DNA from: an uncultured cyanobacterium
Lineage (GTDB): Bacteria > Cyanobacteriota > Cyanobacteriia > Pseudanabaenales > Pseudanabaenaceae
Assembly: GCA_963703315.1 (NCBI GenBank)
Contig: OY969811.1
Coordinates: forward strand, 4,160,001-4,224,000
Reading direction: 5' to 3'
Length of the DNA stretch: 64,000 nucleotides
Shown: in pieces, positions 29,574 through 38,461 of the stretch
How the letters are laid out: the number at the start of each line of letters is the position of its first letter
How positions within the stretch are numbered: the stretch's first letter is position 1
The notes under the pieces: generated by a model
Database searches by the model: none
What the model was told of the DNA's origin: nothing
Seen by the model: the letters and a program-made list of their open reading frames with translations, nothing else
Translations under genes and position numbers: made by a program

Positions 29574-30677
29574 ATGCTGCACCCAACCGCCATTCCTTAC
29601 TTGGTCGCCTTTGCAGTATCTGCGATCGTGGTGTGGCTAAGTACACCGATTATTCGTTATTTTGGACTGAAAGCAGGATTAGTAGACAAGCCCAATGGTC
29701 GCAAGATGCATACAACGCCTGTGGTGCGTGTTGGTGGCGTAGCAATTTTTTTGGGTAGCGTCAGTGCTTTATTACTGGTCTGGGCGGGAGGATACTTTGG
29801 GATTTTACCGCCAACTAGAGAATATGAGGTTTGGGGCGTAACCATTGGCGGAGCAGCTTTCTTCTTAATCGGATTTGCCGACGATCTTTTCAACTTACCA
29901 CCATTACCCCGCTTAATCGCTCAATTAGCAGTATCTGCTGCCGCTTGGCGCGTTGGTGTCAGAATTGACTTTATCTCAGTACCATTTATCGGCATCATCA
30001 AATTTGGTTGGTTTAGTTTACCGATTACGATGGTATGGCTATCGGGCATGGCAAATGCCATTAACTGGCTGGATGGACTGGATGGACTCGCAGCAGGGGT
30101 AACCACGATCGCTGCTGCCGTCATTTTAGTTACCAGCCTATTTATGAAGCAACCCGCCGCCGCCCTGATTGCTGCGGCTCTAGCGGGTGGATGTCTAGGG
30201 TTTCTCCGCTATAACTTCAAGCCTAAGAGTTCTGCCGAAATCTTTATGGGTGATGGTGGGGCGTACTTTTTGGGATTTACCCTTGCAGGGGTGAGTGTAA
30301 TCGGACTAGTCAAAGCCGTTGCAACTGTTGCCCTGATTATGCCTTACTTAATTTTGGCAGTGCCGATTGTGGATGCGACGGCGGTAATTTTGCAGCGTCT
30401 GGGTAGAGGTGAATCGCCCATGACGGCGGGTAAACACCATTTACACCATCGTCTAGTCCAAGCAGGTGTCTCCAAACGCCTCACGGTTTTGTTTATCTAT
30501 GCTTTGACTCTATGGGTGGGTAGTATTGCGATGGCAGTGTCAGGAATGCCTGCGGGGGGGACTTACGCTGCCATCAGTACATTATTGATGGGTTACGCTT
30601 GTTTTAAAGTCTGGCAACGCATTAGAGCTAAGGAATTGCGATCGCAAAAAGAGCAGTCCTCTCATCTGAGTGAATAA
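29574..30677 (+). CDS. WecA/TagO-like undecaprenyl-phosphate GlcNAc-1-phosphate transferase (MraY family)
   Basis: DKPNGRKMHTTP, GFADD, NAINWLDGLDGL, FMGDGG and HLHHRL motifs. Confidence 0.9.
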   Translation: MLHPTAIPYLVAFAVSAIVVWLSTPIIRYFGLKAGLVDKPNGRKMHTTPVVRVGGVAIFLGSVSALLLVWAGGYFGILPPTREYEVWGVTIGGAAFFLIGFADDLFNLPPLPRLIAQLAVSAAAWRVGVRIDFISVPFIGIIKFGWFSLPITMVWLSGMANAINWLDGLDGLAAGVTTIAAAVILVTSLFMKQPAAALIAAALAGGCLGFLRYNFKPKSSAEIFMGDGGAYFLGFTLAGVSVIGLVKAVATVALIMPYLILAVPIVDATAVILQRLGRGESPMTAGKHHLHHRLVQAGVSKRLTVLFIYALTLWVGSIAMAVSGMPAGGTYAAISTLLMGYACFKVWQRIRAKELRSQKEQSSHLSE

Positions 30678-30779
30678 TACCAATTCACAAAAGTGTTGTC
30701 ACACTTTTGTGAATTAAAAATTAAATCTAGTAATGGTTTTAAAAGCTAAAAATGGTGTTGCCATTTTTAGCTTTTGTAT
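30677..30779. mobile_element. 103-bp MITE-like element with two internal hairpins (copy 1)
   Basis: ATACCAA...TTTGTAT ends; near reverse complement of 37251-37353. Confidence 0.75.
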
Positions 30780-30945
30780 AAAGGACAGTGCAAAACGCTG
30801 CCTTTTATTATAATTTCAGGAATAGCTGTACTCTGAATCTGTGATAAATTAGTGTACTGCAAACATTTTAGAAATATTTTTGGCAACGAGCAAAAGCCTC
30901 GCTCCTCAAAATGTTGCCCTAGACAGTCCCAATAAGTTTATTAAT

Positions 30946-31572
30946 ATGGCAGAAATCACTACCCAACAAATTCAAGAACTGCGTGCAAGAACTGGCGCAG
31001 GTATCAAAGACTGTAAAGCAGCACTCGTCGATTCTGAAGGCGATTTTACTAAGGCTACCGAATACCTTAGACAAAAAGGACTAGCTTCTGCTGTCAAAAA
31101 AGCAAGCCGTGCTGCCTCTGAAGGAATCGTCCATAGTTATATTCACTTTGGTAGCCGCATTGGTGTGCTAGTCGAAGTTAACTGCGAAACCGATTTTGTG
31201 GCACGTCGTGAAGAACTCAAAGAACTAGCTGACAGCGTAGCCAAGCAAATCGCCGCTTGCCCTAATGTGGAATATGTCAGTGTTGCTGATATTCCTGCCG
31301 CTTTTGTAGAAAATGAAAAGCAAATCGAAGCAGGTAAAGATGACTTAGCCAGCAAGCCTGCGGCTATTCGTGACAAGATCGTCCTTGGACGTATCGAAAA
31401 GCGTTTGAAAGAATTGTGCTTGCTCGATCAGCCTTACATTAAAGATCAAAGCATTACCGTTGATGAGTTGGTAAAACTAACTGGTACTAAGCTTAGTGAA
31501 AATGTTAAGGTTCGTCGCTTTGTGCGCTTTGTGGTCGGTGAAGAAGTTGCTTCTGAAACTCCCGCAGCATAG
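30946..31572 (+). CDS. tsf: Translation elongation factor Ts
   Basis: MAEIT..ELRARTGAGIKDCKAAL and EVNCETDFVAR; short cyanobacterial form. Confidence 0.97.
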   Translation: MAEITTQQIQELRARTGAGIKDCKAALVDSEGDFTKATEYLRQKGLASAVKKASRAASEGIVHSYIHFGSRIGVLVEVNCETDFVARREELKELADSVAKQIAACPNVEYVSVADIPAAFVENEKQIEAGKDDLASKPAAIRDKIVLGRIEKRLKELCLLDQPYIKDQSITVDELVKLTGTKLSENVKVRRFVRFVVGEEVASETPAA

Positions 31573-31585
31573 TTTAGTTAAATAA

Positions 31586-31612
31586 TATGGGTGGTGTAAA
31601 AAACCACCCATA
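31586..31612 (+). terminator. Stem-loop after tsf
   Basis: TATGGGTGGT..ACCACCCATA; no strong U-tail. Confidence 0.45.
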
Positions 31613-31654
31613 CTCATGTTTATACGGCAAGAACAAGAAATAGTGTGAACTCGG

Positions 31655-32254
31655 ATGCTGGTGCGTATTGATCAAGATATTCGCAATATTCAACAGGCGA
31701 TCGCTGATGTGATTAGTCGGATTGATGCCATTCATCTGGAGTACTCACAGGCGATCTCGATCGCTGTGCAGCAACAGATTTTGCTGACCGTATTTAAGTT
31801 CTGCACCCAAAAATGTCCTGATGCATTTCTGGCGCTATCCCTTTCAGAGCGTCAAAAACTGCAAGAAGCGCTGCGAAAAACGATCAAATTGCTCTGCGAT
31901 CAGATGCAAAAAAGCTTAGAAGAATGCGATCGCGACAGTCGCACCAATCAAGAAAATCTCGATAATCTGCTCAGTAAGCTCCTCAATGAAAGTATTGATC
32001 ATCTCAACCAGCTTTTAGTTGAGCATAAAGTGTTAAAGGCAGAAAATATCAAAGCTCAAGATGATCAAGCTCCTAAAATGAGTATTTGTCTTGCCGAAAT
32101 TGAGTTTACTGATCGCAAGGTGATGTCTCATCGAGGTGAATTGCGAGTTTTATCGGCAAGGCTAGCGCATTTACACAAAGAATTAGAGAAAAAATATCAG
32201 CAAAAGACGATCGCGGAAGCAGAACTAGCATGGCGATCGGCATGGGTGGAATAA
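31655..32254 (+). CDS. Conserved cyanobacterial hypothetical coiled-coil protein
   Basis: FCTQKCPDAFLALS and AEAELAWRSAW, resembling proteins usually found downstream of tsf. Confidence 0.7.
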   Translation: MLVRIDQDIRNIQQAIADVISRIDAIHLEYSQAISIAVQQQILLTVFKFCTQKCPDAFLALSLSERQKLQEALRKTIKLLCDQMQKSLEECDRDSRTNQENLDNLLSKLLNESIDHLNQLLVEHKVLKAENIKAQDDQAPKMSICLAEIEFTDRKVMSHRGELRVLSARLAHLHKELEKKYQQKTIAEAELAWRSAWVE

Positions 32255-32580
32255 TGGTCAAAAATCGTGTAGTTTACCGTGAGTTTGGCGCACCTGAGGA
32301 AGACGATTCTGAGCAAAAAGAGATCGATCTGCCACCGCAACAACAAAATCCCCGTATTCAAGTAACTAGACGCGGCAAGGGTGGCAAGACCGTAACCGAG
32401 GTCACAGGCTTCCAAACGACAACTGAGAATTTGGCTAAGTTAACGAAACAGTTAAAAAATCAATGCGGTTCTGGTGGTACATCAAAGGATCAAGCGATCG
32501 AAATTCAGGGGGATTGTAGTCAGAAAATCTTGCAGATTTTGCTTAGTTTGGGATATAAAGCAAAAATAAGTGGCAAGTAA
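32254..32580 (+). CDS. Translation initiation factor SUI1 / YciH
   Basis: RRGKGGKTVT, LKNQCGSGGT and IEIQGD; ATG overlaps the upstream TAA. Confidence 0.92.
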   Translation: MVKNRVVYREFGAPEEDDSEQKEIDLPPQQQNPRIQVTRRGKGGKTVTEVTGFQTTTENLAKLTKQLKNQCGSGGTSKDQAIEIQGDCSQKILQILLSLGYKAKISGK

Positions 32581-32628
32581 ATCCGTTAAAGTGGAGAATA
32601 TCGACCATTTGCTTAAGGTGTTTTACCA

Positions 32629-32919
32629 TTGCGCTACCTACTGCTCGTAATACTCATAATTCTCCCTAGTTTAGTGGGAGTTACAATATTTGGTTATTAT
32701 GCACTCATAGATTGGGATGCTCTGCAAAAGGCTTATAACCATTTTGTAGATGTTACTAAAAGTAGTGCCAACTTAGAAACATTGTTTGTTGCAGAAGCAC
32801 AGCAAAATATTCACCGAATTAACCTGTTTGCGGATGGTGTGTGGACAATGCTAAGTGTCATAATCGGAGCAATTGGTCTTCACGGTGTTTGTACAATTCC
32901 CAAGAAATCAAGGGGATAG
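32629..32919 (+). CDS. Hypothetical two-TM membrane protein
   Basis: Two hydrophobic segments around AQQNIHRINLFADGVW; TTG start. Confidence 0.65.
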   Translation: MRYLLLVILIILPSLVGVTIFGYYALIDWDALQKAYNHFVDVTKSSANLETLFVAEAQQNIHRINLFADGVWTMLSVIIGAIGLHGVCTIPKKSRG

Positions 32920-32933
32920 ATAAATACCTTGCA

Positions 32934-33473
32934 TTAGCGATTTAAGCAACCGAAAATTTGATTCGGAGTTAGTTGTAATGACATTTCCTCTAAAAAAGTT
33001 AGACGATTATCACCGCTAACAAGTTGGAGAGGCTGATTTGGGCGAAAAATCATGATTATTTGTTCTTGACTATCAATTAACCAACCAAGCTTAGTTCCCT
33101 CAGTTAGACAAGTTTGAATTTTTGTGATTAGTTTTGTTGTACTTTGATTATTTGAGAGAATCTCAATCATCCAGTCTGGAGCTCCTAAAATCGGAGAATT
33201 ATCTAGAGGTATGCGATTTTTATGAATAATCGTTATATCAGGAACTACAGAGATCTCACTCAAGATACAACGCAGTTCTGGAAAAGCCTCATAACAACTA
33301 TCAGTATTGTCGATCGCTCTGACTAAATATTTTTGCAAAAGGCTGTGGTAAAAAGTAGGCATTGGCTTTTGCAGGACTTGACCATTAATCAATTCCCAAG
33401 CTGGAGATTCTTCGATGTTGGGAAGTCTAGAAAACTCATCTAAAGTGATTGGAGAAAGGGCTGCTAAAACCAT
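32934..33473 (-). CDS. Uma2 (DUF820) family endonuclease-like protein
   Basis: ELINGQVLQKPMP, VPDI, APDWMIEILS and LGWLID motifs. Confidence 0.9.
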   Translation of the reverse strand: MVLAALSPITLDEFSRLPNIEESPAWELINGQVLQKPMPTFYHSLLQKYLVRAIDNTDSCYEAFPELRCILSEISVVPDITIIHKNRIPLDNSPILGAPDWMIEILSNNQSTTKLITKIQTCLTEGTKLGWLIDSQEQIIMIFRPNQPLQLVSGDNRLTFLEEMSLQLTPNQIFGCLNR

Positions 33474-33573
33474 AAGCCGCTTTATCTCAACTAAAACCAA
33501 TAATCTAAACTTTATCACATCAACGCAGCAAATTTTATTGAGATTTTGCTTTGCAAAATCTCAATAAAATTTC

Positions 33574-35193
33574 TTACAGGGAAAATCCAACGCCACTCCA
33601 GCGCATTCTCTCCTCGACTTGGGGAATTAATTGCGTCGGCGTGAGATCTGTCTCAGGAACAATTTCATGACTGGGTAAGGCTTTTAAAATATCGATGGTA
33701 GAACGATACATCTTTAAGGCGCGATCGCGATCGCGCTCTCGACCATACATATCACCAAGGGCGAGATAGGCAGCAACAAAATAGAGATCAAGATAAATTG
33801 CCTTTTTGAGAAGCTGTTTTACTTCATCATATCTGCCCATTTCATCAGCAATATGCGCCATCAAGTAATAGGTTTTCGGAGAATTGGGTTCTACTCTAAT
33901 TACTTCTTGGCAATGGTGATATGCCGATTTGAGTTCGCCTAAGTTGGCGTAGGTCAGCGCACTCAATTGATGGATTTTTAAAGTATGTAAGCGTTTTTCT
34001 TGAATTTGATCTAAATATCTTAATGCTTCTCGATAAGCAGCCCGACTAATCGAACTTTCCGCCGCCGCAAGGCGATCCCAATCAGTTTTAATTTCTAATA
34101 GATCATGAATCTGTGTGTTAGGCACGACTCGATCTGCAAAGTTATTGGAAGCATGACGATAGGATTCCCACGTAGTACTATGAATCTCTGGTGGAATTGG
34201 CGCAGAGGAAGTTGCAGGGGATGGATTGATCGGGAAATTGATTTGAGGTTGGGAACTAGTTGGATAAGTGGAACTATTAGACGGAGGATTAGCTGGTGTG
34301 GGATAGTTGCGAAAGTCTGGACTAGTATAGGAATTGGGGCTGTTAGCATTACTGAGATCGCTTCTTTTATAAACCACCGCATCAGGAAATACATTCACTT
34401 TAAATCCATTCATGTCCTGTCCGTGTAGTTCCATGTGTCCAGCAATCAGGTAGCCATTATTTTTGAGTGCTGAGTGAAACCGACGTAAAACTTTTTTAAT
34501 TGCTTTGGGTTCAAAATAGATAAATACATTACGGCAAAGAATTAAATCAAAATTATGGAAATCTGATGACTTACTAAAATCATCGTCAACCAAATTATTA
34601 GAGTAAAAAGTCACCATTTTACAAAGGCTTTCATGGAGTCTCCATAATGCCCCTTGCTGGGTGAAATATAGGTTTTTTTGTTTATCGGTAAGGCTCCTTA
34701 AAGACCATTCGCTATAAATTGCTTGTCTTGCTTTTTGGACTACTTCAGGATTTAGGTCACTGCCGACAATGCGTAAGCGCCAATTTTGAATATCAGGAAT
34801 GAGTTCCTGTAACAAAATCGCGATCGAGTAGGCTTCTTCTCCCGTCGAACAACCAGCACTCCAAATGCGTAAGGTTTTACTCCCCTGTTGCGCTTGGATT
34901 AGCTCAGGCAAAATATTATTTTGTAATAGATGAATATGCCCCTTATCGCGCATAAAGTAAGTTTCGGCGATCGTCACTTGGCGAATTAGTTCGCGCCATT
35001 CCGATTGGCTCAGGTCTGAGGCACTAGTTAATAAGTCACAATAGGATTCGTAGGTGGATAGTTTGAGCGCCTGTACACGACTATGGATTTTTTTGCAAAA
35101 AGGCGCGTCATCTTGGGGGCGAATATATATGCCAAATCGCTCAGCGATCGCTGCTTTTAATTTATCTAAAACGGATTGAGGAATGGTAACCAT
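33574..35193 (-). CDS. cheR: CheR methyltransferase with C-terminal TPR (WspC-like)
   Basis: TIAETYFMRD, IWSAGCSTGEEAYS and FDLILCRNVFIYF; TPR region KKAIYLD. Confidence 0.93.
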   Translation of the reverse strand: MVTIPQSVLDKLKAAIAERFGIYIRPQDDAPFCKKIHSRVQALKLSTYESYCDLLTSASDLSQSEWRELIRQVTIAETYFMRDKGHIHLLQNNILPELIQAQQGSKTLRIWSAGCSTGEEAYSIAILLQELIPDIQNWRLRIVGSDLNPEVVQKARQAIYSEWSLRSLTDKQKNLYFTQQGALWRLHESLCKMVTFYSNNLVDDDFSKSSDFHNFDLILCRNVFIYFEPKAIKKVLRRFHSALKNNGYLIAGHMELHGQDMNGFKVNVFPDAVVYKRSDLSNANSPNSYTSPDFRNYPTPANPPSNSSTYPTSSQPQINFPINPSPATSSAPIPPEIHSTTWESYRHASNNFADRVVPNTQIHDLLEIKTDWDRLAAAESSISRAAYREALRYLDQIQEKRLHTLKIHQLSALTYANLGELKSAYHHCQEVIRVEPNSPKTYYLMAHIADEMGRYDEVKQLLKKAIYLDLYFVAAYLALGDMYGRERDRDRALKMYRSTIDILKALPSHEIVPETDLTPTQLIPQVEERMRWSGVGFSL

Positions 35194-35195
35194 TT

Positions 35196-36104
35196 TTATA
35201 TCTCGTAAATGAATAGCTTGGCTTCAACCCGTTCCATATTGTTATCAGGAGATTTGATTTTCACATCTCTCACTGTTATTTTATTTTGCAATTGTAACGA
35301 GATTATAGAGTCTTGATCGACTTTAGGGAAAGACTCATATTTCGACTTACGCATCAATATAATCATTTTAAAAGATATATTCTTGTTGGATTGGTCATTG
35401 CAAGATGTATCTAAAGATGAGTGTACAGTTGCGGGATGATCGATTTCCCACATCCCTCTAATCCTCAAATTACTAGCACCTAAAGGATCGATTTTATTTA
35501 CTCTGCCCAATTCATTGGTTCCCTCTATTTCTAATCCTTGAATATCATTGATGCCATCTTTTAGAGTTACTTTAATTCGTTCATAATATTCTTTGCTGGC
35601 AGCAGAACAATCACCATAAATTAGCCACAAAGAAGATAATCTATTTTTTGTTTTTTGAGTTTTTCCTGTTTTTTTAGAATCGATACAACCAATAAAGTAG
35701 ATAATATCTTTTTCATCCCAAACTTCACAATCTCGACATCTCGGAAGAATTAAAGGATTGCTGGAAAAAAGTTTTGCCGATGGATAAGAACTATTTAAAG
35801 CTATTCTTGAGGTTAACGAAGTGATTTTTTTTACTTCCACGGCATCTCCACCTTTAATCATAAAATCAGGAGGATGGTTAGCACTACCACCCCAAGAGAA
35901 AACTTTTATATGTGCTTCATCTTTTTTGCCTTTATCCTTAATTTTTACTGAGTCAGCAAATATATCTTTTGCAAAAAGTTCTAAGGCATCTCCAACAGAG
36001 TTGATACGGTTTTCACTGCGATAAAAATCGATCACATTAGGAATGCCGCTATCAACTACTACCTTAATAGCTTTAAGAATATTCGTTGTTGCTTGATCTG
36101 TCAT
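35196..36104 (-). CDS. Type II restriction endonuclease, NgoPII-like (predicted GGCC)
   Basis: NSVGDALE, NHPPDFMIKGGDAVEVKK, ALNSSYP and TNELGRVNKIDPLG..LRIRGMW; directly downstream of a C5 MTase. Confidence 0.8.
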   Translation of the reverse strand: MTDQATTNILKAIKVVVDSGIPNVIDFYRSENRINSVGDALELFAKDIFADSVKIKDKGKKDEAHIKVFSWGGSANHPPDFMIKGGDAVEVKKITSLTSRIALNSSYPSAKLFSSNPLILPRCRDCEVWDEKDIIYFIGCIDSKKTGKTQKTKNRLSSLWLIYGDCSAASKEYYERIKVTLKDGINDIQGLEIEGTNELGRVNKIDPLGASNLRIRGMWEIDHPATVHSSLDTSCNDQSNKNISFKMIILMRKSKYESFPKVDQDSIISLQLQNKITVRDVKIKSPDNNMERVEAKLFIYEI

Positions 36105-36119
36105 ATAGCCCCCATATAG

Positions 36120-37196
36120 TTATCCAGATATTTCTAAAGGGATTTTGAAATAGTCTGTATCCTTGATTGAAATATGTTGATGCTGATAGTTTTCTAAAGA
36201 AAAATCTAAATTCAGTTGTAGATTAATGGATTGTGCGATCGCATATCCTAAATTGACAGGAACCGCATTCCCAATCATCTTGTAAGCATTCCCTAAATCT
36301 TGATAATAGAAAACAAAATCATCAGGAAATGTTTGGATTCTGGCACATTCCCGTACTGTTAATCGACGATAAGGAAATGACGATTCTGGATCAAAAATCC
36401 ATTTGTCTTTACTGATATGAATCATCCGATTTGCTTGGGGATGGATCGGTGCATGACGACCACCCGCTTGAATGGTGAAGGATGGCTCATCCCATGTCCG
36501 CACTCGATTTCGCGACATATACATACTTGAGAAATCACCCTGCATATACTCATGGTTAGGAACATGACAATCTTTACCATTGGATTTGCTCCGACCGATC
36601 GCTGGTTTCTCAGTACCATGTAGATCCGCGATCGCCTGTTTTAGGTTGGGAATATTAGAAGATGGTGTTAATGCATTAAAGGAAAATTTCTTACCTAAAT
36701 CAGCCCGAAATCCGATAAAAATGACTCTTTTTCGCGCTTGGGGGACATGATAATGTTTGGCCTCTAGTAACTTGTAAGCGATCGAATAACCTGCTTCTTC
36801 AAAGGCAGCAATGATATTTGCCAATGCTACGCTATGTTTTTTGTGAAACATTCCCGAAACATTTTCCGCCAGAAAAAATAAGGGCTGCTTATCTTTGAGA
36901 ACGCGCACATATTCCATAAATAGCTGCCCTCGCTCATCATCAAACCCTTTTTGAGTTCCCGCTTCACTCCAACTCTGGCAAGGTGGCCCACCAATAATGC
37001 CAATACACTCAGGAATATCTTGTGAAGGGATTTTCCGAATATCGCGCCGATCTAAGACCGTATGCCGATGATTTTTGGCATAGGTTTCCCAGATTGCTTT
37101 GTCAAACTCATTAGCCCAGACCACATCAAATCCTGCTTTAGAAAAACCTAGATCTAATCCTCCACAGCCAGAAAATAGCGAAACGATTGACTTCAT
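36120..37196 (-). CDS. DNA (cytosine-5) methyltransferase, M.HaeIII/M.NgoPII-like
   Basis: FSGCGG, GGPPCQSWS and ENV motifs; target-recognition segment SRNRVR..FTIQAGGR; YKMIGNAVP. Confidence 0.93.
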   Translation of the reverse strand: MKSIVSLFSGCGGLDLGFSKAGFDVVWANEFDKAIWETYAKNHRHTVLDRRDIRKIPSQDIPECIGIIGGPPCQSWSEAGTQKGFDDERGQLFMEYVRVLKDKQPLFFLAENVSGMFHKKHSVALANIIAAFEEAGYSIAYKLLEAKHYHVPQARKRVIFIGFRADLGKKFSFNALTPSSNIPNLKQAIADLHGTEKPAIGRSKSNGKDCHVPNHEYMQGDFSSMYMSRNRVRTWDEPSFTIQAGGRHAPIHPQANRMIHISKDKWIFDPESSFPYRRLTVRECARIQTFPDDFVFYYQDLGNAYKMIGNAVPVNLGYAIAQSINLQLNLDFSLENYQHQHISIKDTDYFKIPLEISG

Positions 37197-37250
37197 AGGT
37201 TATGTACTAAAGGTATGTACTAAAATTTATATGCTTTAGATTAAATTGTT

Positions 37251-37353
37251 ATACCAAAATTAAAAATGGCTCTGCCATTTTTAATTTTAAAAACTTTTGT
37301 TGGGTTTAGTTTTTAATTCATCAAAATGTGACAACACTTTTATGAATTTGTAT
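37251..37353. mobile_element. 103-bp MITE-like element (copy 2, opposite orientation)
   Basis: Near reverse complement of 30677-30779, same length. Confidence 0.75.
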
Positions 37354-37363
37354 TATTGAGTGC

Positions 37364-38461
37364 TTAGAAAGTCGAGGAACTAGTTGTTTGGGTGGTGAGT
37401 ATGTGGTTCATCACAAAGGGGGCGATTTCTTGAATTGCCAGAATATTTTGGGCGGCTCCGATTTCGATCGCTACTCCCGGCATTCCAAACACAATACTGG
37501 TGGCTTCATTTTGGGCGATCGTTACACCGCCAGCTTTGCGAATTGCTAATAGCCCCGTTGCGCCATCTCGTCCCATGCCTGTTAACAAAATACCAATTGT
37601 TCTTGCACCATAGATCCTTGCGGCGGATTGGAATGTGACTGTCGCCGATGGACAATGACCATCCACAGGAAAGGCTGCCGTGTAAAAAAATCTACCGCGA
37701 TCGTCAAACTCTAACTGGCGATCCTCTGGCGCAAAGTAGATTGTGCCAGCTTCGGGCATGGTTCCCTGCACGGCAATTTTCACGGGCAGATGACAGAGAG
37801 AACCGAGCCAATCGATAAGTCCCATCAAAAAGCCGCGACTAATATGTTGTACGCATACAATCGGCGCAGGAAACCCGACGGGAATTTGGGTTAATAAAGT
37901 TTGTAATGCTTGAGGTCCCCCTGTGGACGCACCAATGGTGACTATTTGGGCATCAGGAGCGATCGCAAAAAATACAGGTGGTGGGGCTGGTTCTTTGTAG
38001 GTTTGCTTTTCGAGAGAGAGTAAAGTGTTGCGCTTAGTGCGAGTAAATACAGAAACCCCTGACAAAACCCGAATGCGTTCGATTAAGTCCTGTTGAATCT
38101 TTTTGTAATCTTCAAGCAAACCACTAGGAGGCTTAGGAAAAACATCGACTGCGCCCGACTCTAGCATTTTGAAAATGGTACGAGCATCTTCAGACTGTAC
38201 CGAAATACTAATTACCAAAATTGGGCGGGGATATTTCATCATTACCAATTCTGTGAGCTGCAAACCATTCATGCGTGGCATATGGTAATCGGTACAGATC
38301 ACATGGGGATTTACCTGTGGCAACAGGGCAAGGGCTTCAATCCCATCTTTGGCACAACCCACTACTTCGATATCGGGGGCTTGCGAGAGAATACGCTGAA
38401 GAATCTCTAGGGCAATATGTGAGTCATCAACCAGTAATACACGAATCGGCGGCTTAGACAT
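37364..38461 (-). CDS. cheB: Chemotaxis methylesterase/response regulator CheB
   Basis: Receiver domain plus GASTGGP, VQHI and LTGMGRDGA catalytic motifs. Confidence 0.95.
   Translation of the reverse strand: MSKPPIRVLLVDDSHIALEILQRILSQAPDIEVVGCAKDGIEALALLPQVNPHVICTDYHMPRMNGLQLTELVMMKYPRPILVISISVQSEDARTIFKMLESGAVDVFPKPPSGLLEDYKKIQQDLIERIRVLSGVSVFTRTKRNTLLSLEKQTYKEPAPPPVFFAIAPDAQIVTIGASTGGPQALQTLLTQIPVGFPAPIVCVQHISRGFLMGLIDWLGSLCHLPVKIAVQGTMPEAGTIYFAPEDRQLEFDDRGRFFYTAAFPVDGHCPSATVTFQSAARIYGARTIGILLTGMGRDGATGLLAIRKAGGVTIAQNEATSIVFGMPGVAIEIGAAQNILAIQEIAPFVMNHILTTQTTSSSTF

Noticed and set aside
29474..29758. 94-aa ORF overlapping the wecA-like start; also 3381-3572 and 58532-58843
   Set aside because: They begin in repeats and/or overlap better-supported genes, and show no protein features.
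29574..30677. wecA-like gene as a dedicated glycosylation component of the DUF11 system
   Set aside because: Separated by a terminator and an opposite-strand gene; it is a common envelope housekeeping gene.
32934..33473. Uma2 gene as part of the restriction-modification or a defence system
   Set aside because: Uma2 paralogs are abundant and scattered in cyanobacteria, and this one is separated from the R-M pair by cheR.
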